From the NCBI GenBank assembly GCA_963790305.1, contig CAWBOC010000005.1, positions 576,001-640,000 of the forward strand: 64,000 bases of DNA, in the 5' to 3' direction. Positions 59,983-64,000 of the stretch are shown piece after piece. The stretch comes from an uncultured Gemmatimonadaceae bacterium (GTDB taxonomy: Bacteria; Gemmatimonadota; Gemmatimonadetes; Gemmatimonadales; Gemmatimonadaceae). The translations under genes were made by a program, and so were the position numbers. Each line of letters begins with the position of its first letter. Position 1 is the stretch's first letter. The notes below the pieces were generated by a model. That model did no database searches. It saw nothing but the letters and a program-made list of their open reading frames with translations, and was not told the origin of the DNA.

Positions 59983-60272
59983 TGTGGCCTCAGGAAGGGA
60001 AGTGGCGTAGGTAAGGATAGCGCCCCGCCGAGCAAGATCATGGCCTGTCGCATCGCCGGGCGGGGGCGGACTCGGCCAAATGGGAAGCGTTGAGTTTCTT
60101 CAACTTGCGCCTCCAGGGCGGCGGCGCAACGAGCGTGGCTTCGCCGCCATGGCACACCGCGAGGACGTGCCGCTGTCCCGCGAGTTGCACAATCGGGCGA
60201 CCGTCAGCGATTGTAAGTCGAGGCGCGTATCCCATGCGCCTCCCCCAGACCCTTACATCAGACTCATCGACC

Positions 60273-62831
60273 ATGCGTCACCTTGTCGCCTTCGCATCGT
60301 TGGCCGTCGTCGTCGCGGCCGCCGGGTGTCGTCCGTCGCCGTCGCCCACTCCTGCCCGCCGCGCCCCCGAGGGCGGCGCCGAAGCTGGGGCGACACCGGC
60401 CGACAGCGCACAGCCGTCTGGGGGCGCCGCCCGCCCTCCCGTTAGGCCCCAGCCCTATGCGCGCGTCATTACGAGCGACTTTACCACGCGGGCCGGCCTG
60501 TTCAAGGCGCACCGCCGCGGCGACCGACTGCTCTACGAGATTCCACGCGCGGAGCTCGGACGCGACTTCCTGCTGGTCACCCAGATTGCCCGCACCACCC
60601 TCGGCGTTGGCTATGGCGGGCAGGCGGTGAGCAATCGGGTGGTTCGCTGGGAGCGTCGCGACAACAAGGTTCTTCTGCGTACGGCCTCGTTCGACATCAT
60701 GGCCGACACGTCGCTGCCGATCTACCAGGCGGTGCAAGCCGCCAACTACAACCCCATCGTCGCGAGCTTCGACGTGCTCACGTACGGGCCGGACAGTGCT
60801 GCCGTCGTGGACGTGTCGCGATTGTTCACGAACCCGCCGCCGGAGCTTGGACCGGGCCAGCGCTTGCGTGGAGCCGCCGACGCGCAGCGGAGCTTCATCG
60901 AGCGAGTCGCCGCCTTCCCCGAGAACGTCGAGGTCGAGGCGACGCTGACGTACGCAGTTCCCGCACAGCAGCCGGGCCAGGGCACGCCCACACCGACGCC
61001 TGGACCGTTCGGCCAGGGGGGCGCGCAGCCCGGTGCCGCGAGCGTGCTCATGCACTGGAGTATGGTCCGTTTGCCGACGGCCCCAATGAAGCCGCGGCTG
61101 CACGACGAGCGCGTGGGATATTTCAGTATTCGCCAGCAGGACTACGGACGCGCAGACCAGCGTGCCGCGATGCGCCGCTACATCACGCGGTGGCGTCTCG
61201 AGTGCAGCGAGCGTCGCGTCGACTCGCTCTGCTATCCGGTGAAGCCGATCGTTTACTACGTCGACCCGGCGACACCGAGGCAGTGGGTGCCGTATGTGAA
61301 GCGCGGTGTGGAGGACTGGCAGCGTGCATTCGAGGCAGCGGGCTTCAAGGAGGCGATCCTCGCGAAGGAGGCGCCCTCGCCGTCGGAGGACCCGGACTGG
61401 TCGGCGGAGGACGCGCGCTATTCGGTGATTCGCTGGCTGCCGTCGACGATCGAGAACGCGTCGGGCCCGCACATCCACGACCCGCGGACGGGGGAGATCA
61501 TCGAGTCGGACATCCAGTTCTACCACAATGTCCAGCAGCTGCTGACGACCTGGTACTGGGTGCAGGTGGGCCACCTCGACCCTCGCGCGGACCGGCTGCC
61601 GCTGCCCGACACGCTGATGGGACGCCTGCTGCAGTACGTCGTGGCCCACGAAGTCGGCCACACGTTAGGCTATCCGCACAACATGAAGGCGAGCTCGCTG
61701 TATCCCGCCGACAGCGTCCGAAGCCGCAGCTTCGTCGCGCGCTGGGGACACACGCCGACGCTGATGGATTACTCGCGCTTCAACTACGTCGCGCAGCCGG
61801 AGGATTCGATTCCCCTCGGGAATCTCATTCCCGACATCGGACCATACGACAAGTTCGTCACAATGTGGGGATACAAGCCAATCCCCGGCGCGAACACGCC
61901 CGACGACGAGCGCGAGACGCTCGATCGCTGGGCGCGCATGCAGGACACGGTGCCCTGGTTCCGCTTCTCGACGTCGAACTCGGTGGGATCCGACCCAGGG
62001 GAGAACACGGAAGCGGTGGGCGATGCCGACGCCGTACGGTCGACGACGCTCGGCCTGCGCAACATCAAGCGCCTCGTGCCGAAGCTGATCCCCGCCACGC
62101 AGCGCCCGCTGGAAGGATATGCCGATCTCCAGCTGCTCTACGATCGCCTGATCAACCAGTGGGTGCTGGAGCTGGGCCACGTCGCATCGGTCGTCGGCGG
62201 TGCCGATACGCGTGAGAAGACGACCAGCCAGGACGGCGTGCGCTTCACGCCGCTTCCACGAGCGCGACAGCAGGAGGCGGTGCGGTTTCTCAACGAGAAT
62301 GCCTTCCGCACGCCCGCGTACTTCCTCGACGAGCAAATTCTGCGGCGCATCGAGGTGGAAGGCGCGCTGGACCGAATCCGTACCGCGCAAACCCGCGTGC
62401 TCTCCCGTTTACTGGACGACTCACGGATGGACCGCATGATCGAGTTCGAGGCGCTGGCCGCGAACGGGCGGGATGTGTACCCTCTCGCCGACATGCTGGT
62501 GGATGTTCGCCGGGGAATCTGGTCCGAGGTCTCGTCAGGCGCCGAGATCGACGCGGTGCGGAGGAATCTGCAGCGCGCATACCTCGAGCTCTTCGATGCG
62601 AAGCTCAACCCGCCAGCGCCGAGGATCGCCCCCACTGGCCAGGGTGGTCCGGTGGTGATCCTGCCGGGCTCCCGGCAGTCGTCCGACGCGCGCGCTCTCT
62701 TGCGTGGGGAGCTCTCGGCTCTGGACACGCAGATTGCGGGAGTGCTGCCGCGGGTCCGGGATCGGGTGACGAGGTATCATCTCATGGATGTGAGGCATGA
62801 GATTCGGCGGATTCTCGATCCAGAGCGCTAA
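60273..62831 (+). CDS. zinc-dependent metalloprotease (DUF5117/DUF4953, EcxA-like)
   Basis: DERVGYF, DPRTGEII, AHEVGHTLGYPHN, LMDY. Confidence 0.92.
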   Translation: MRHLVAFASLAVVVAAAGCRPSPSPTPARRAPEGGAEAGATPADSAQPSGGAARPPVRPQPYARVITSDFTTRAGLFKAHRRGDRLLYEIPRAELGRDFLLVTQIARTTLGVGYGGQAVSNRVVRWERRDNKVLLRTASFDIMADTSLPIYQAVQAANYNPIVASFDVLTYGPDSAAVVDVSRLFTNPPPELGPGQRLRGAADAQRSFIERVAAFPENVEVEATLTYAVPAQQPGQGTPTPTPGPFGQGGAQPGAASVLMHWSMVRLPTAPMKPRLHDERVGYFSIRQQDYGRADQRAAMRRYITRWRLECSERRVDSLCYPVKPIVYYVDPATPRQWVPYVKRGVEDWQRAFEAAGFKEAILAKEAPSPSEDPDWSAEDARYSVIRWLPSTIENASGPHIHDPRTGEIIESDIQFYHNVQQLLTTWYWVQVGHLDPRADRLPLPDTLMGRLLQYVVAHEVGHTLGYPHNMKASSLYPADSVRSRSFVARWGHTPTLMDYSRFNYVAQPEDSIPLGNLIPDIGPYDKFVTMWGYKPIPGANTPDDERETLDRWARMQDTVPWFRFSTSNSVGSDPGENTEAVGDADAVRSTTLGLRNIKRLVPKLIPATQRPLEGYADLQLLYDRLINQWVLELGHVASVVGGADTREKTTSQDGVRFTPLPRARQQEAVRFLNENAFRTPAYFLDEQILRRIEVEGALDRIRTAQTRVLSRLLDDSRMDRMIEFEALAANGRDVYPLADMLVDVRRGIWSEVSSGAEIDAVRRNLQRAYLELFDAKLNPPAPRIAPTGQGGPVVILPGSRQSSDARALLRGELSALDTQIAGVLPRVRDRVTRYHLMDVRHEIRRILDPER

Positions 62832-62838
62832 GGGCCGA

Positions 62839-62942
62839 ACTGCATCACCACAGAGGCACAGAGGGCACAGAGAATGGCCAACTGCAAAGGCCTTTGCAGT
62901 TGGCCATTCTCTGTGCCCTCTGTGCCTCTGTGGTGATGCAGT
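62839..62942. repeat. perfect 104-bp palindrome, ACAGAGGC family
   Basis: The arm 62839-62890 is the exact reverse complement of 62891-62942, with no loop. Confidence 0.95.
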
Positions 62943-63397
62943 CATAGCACGACGCGCACAATGCCGTCCCGGAGCAGTTCAGTGTTGAAGTTCATGAGAA
63001 GACCGATCCGAAGTCGCGAGAGCTTGAGGTATGTAATGACCTGAGCTGTGTGAACTGGCGCTAGCCGCTCGATCGCCTTCAGCTCGACGAGAACGCGTTT
63101 CTCGACAACGAGATCAAGCCGATAGCCGGCGTCCACATGAACGCCCTTGTAAACAAGAGGAAGCGCTATCTCGCGCTCCATGCTCAGGCCCCGATGGTGA
63201 AGCTCCCAACACAAGCACTCCCGGTACGCCGACTCGAGCAGCCCTGGCCCGAGCTGCCGATGGACCTCTATCCCCGCGCCGATGATCTGGCCCGTGATGG
63301 AATCCCTCTGTGCGCTCTGTGCCTCTGTGGTTATGCTCTTGGCTCGTGCGTAGAGGACCCCAAGGGTGCTCGCTGGATATCGCGCCACCGTCATCAA
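62942..63397 (-). CDS. GxxExxY protein (PD-(D/E)XK nuclease-like); start uncertain
   Basis: LGPGLLESAY, YRLDLVVE, VELK, AQVITYLK, GLLMNF. Confidence 0.93.
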   Translation of the reverse strand: MMTVARYPASTLGVLYARAKSITTEAQSAQRDSITGQIIGAGIEVHRQLGPGLLESAYRECLCWELHHRGLSMEREIALPLVYKGVHVDAGYRLDLVVEKRVLVELKAIERLAPVHTAQVITYLKLSRLRIGLLMNFNTELLRDGIVRVVL

Positions 63398-63424
63398 TCC
63401 AACTCACGAGGAATCCACGAGCCT

Positions 63425-64000
63425 ATGAATCGAATCGCGTCGATCCTCATTCTCCTCGTCTCCCTCGCGACCCTCTCCCACGCCCAGGCCACCCGTGCCC
63501 GCGACCTTGGCCTCGACTCCCTCATCGGTGGCGTACCGGGGCCACTCGATGCCATCACTGACGTTGCCGGGGTCGAGGTCGGGCACACCACGCTCATCTC
63601 GGGGAATGGGAAGCTCGTCGTGGGTCGCGGACCGGTGCGCACGGGGGTCACGGTCGTGCATCCACGCGGGCGCGCGAGCAGTGATCCAGTGTTCGGCGCC
63701 TGGTTCACGCTCAACGGGAACGGCGAGATGACGGGCACCACCTGGCTCGAGGAGAGTGGGGTTCTCGAAGGACCCATCGCCATCACCAACACGCACAGCG
63801 TCGGCGTCGTGCGCGACGCGATTCTTCAGTGGCAGGTGAGCCGCCCGGGACTACAGCCTTGGGGCCTGCCGGTGGTGGCCGAGACCTACGATGGTGGGCT
63901 CAATGACATCAACGGGTTTCACGTGAAGCCGGAGCACGTTCTGAGCGCGCTCGACGGGGCGCGCGGTGGTGCGGTGACCGAGGGAAATGTCGGTGGCGGC
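63425..64000 (+). CDS. DmpA/P1 family (S58) aminopeptidase, partial
   Basis: Manual translation MNRIASIL...RARDLG...AITDVAGVEVGH..VRTGVT..NGNGEMTG..TNTHSVG..VAETYDG. Confidence 0.9.
   Translation, partial: MNRIASILILLVSLATLSHAQATRARDLGLDSLIGGVPGPLDAITDVAGVEVGHTTLISGNGKLVVGRGPVRTGVTVVHPRGRASSDPVFGAWFTLNGNGEMTGTTWLEESGVLEGPIAITNTHSVGVVRDAILQWQVSRPGLQPWGLPVVAETYDGGLNDINGFHVKPEHVLSALDGARGGAVTEGNVGGG

Overview
GC-rich bacterial chromosomal window. The gene content resembles Gemmatimonadota, but that is an inference. It holds about 55 coding regions: a complete his operon (hisG-D-C-H-A-B-F-N-IE), four PQQ/beta-propeller dehydrogenases including a probable lanthanide-type XoxF-like enzyme with a cytochrome c, pfkA, a korAB/flavoprotein operon, ppk2, phhA, peptidases and regulators. 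I saw no rRNA, tRNA, CRISPR array or transposase. Main signals outside the ORF track: (1) a Tyr-codon leader-peptide attenuator upstream of phenylalanine hydroxylase, plus a His attenuator of matching design; both appear leaderless. (2) A radical SAM/SPASM + HprK-like kinase + lasso-type-leader precursor + TolB-like cluster, a candidate new RiPP. (3) A GxxExxY PD-(D/E)XK nuclease gene embedded in a palindromic repeat whose empty copies lie elsewhere in the window, together with several other palindromic tandem-repeat families, some translated in frame. (4) An over-represented CGTTAGGC motif. (5) Recurrent Asp->Asn changes at conserved residues, all in a CAATG context, and single-base frameshifts; these are probably consensus errors. 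All product calls come from motif recognition, with no database search.
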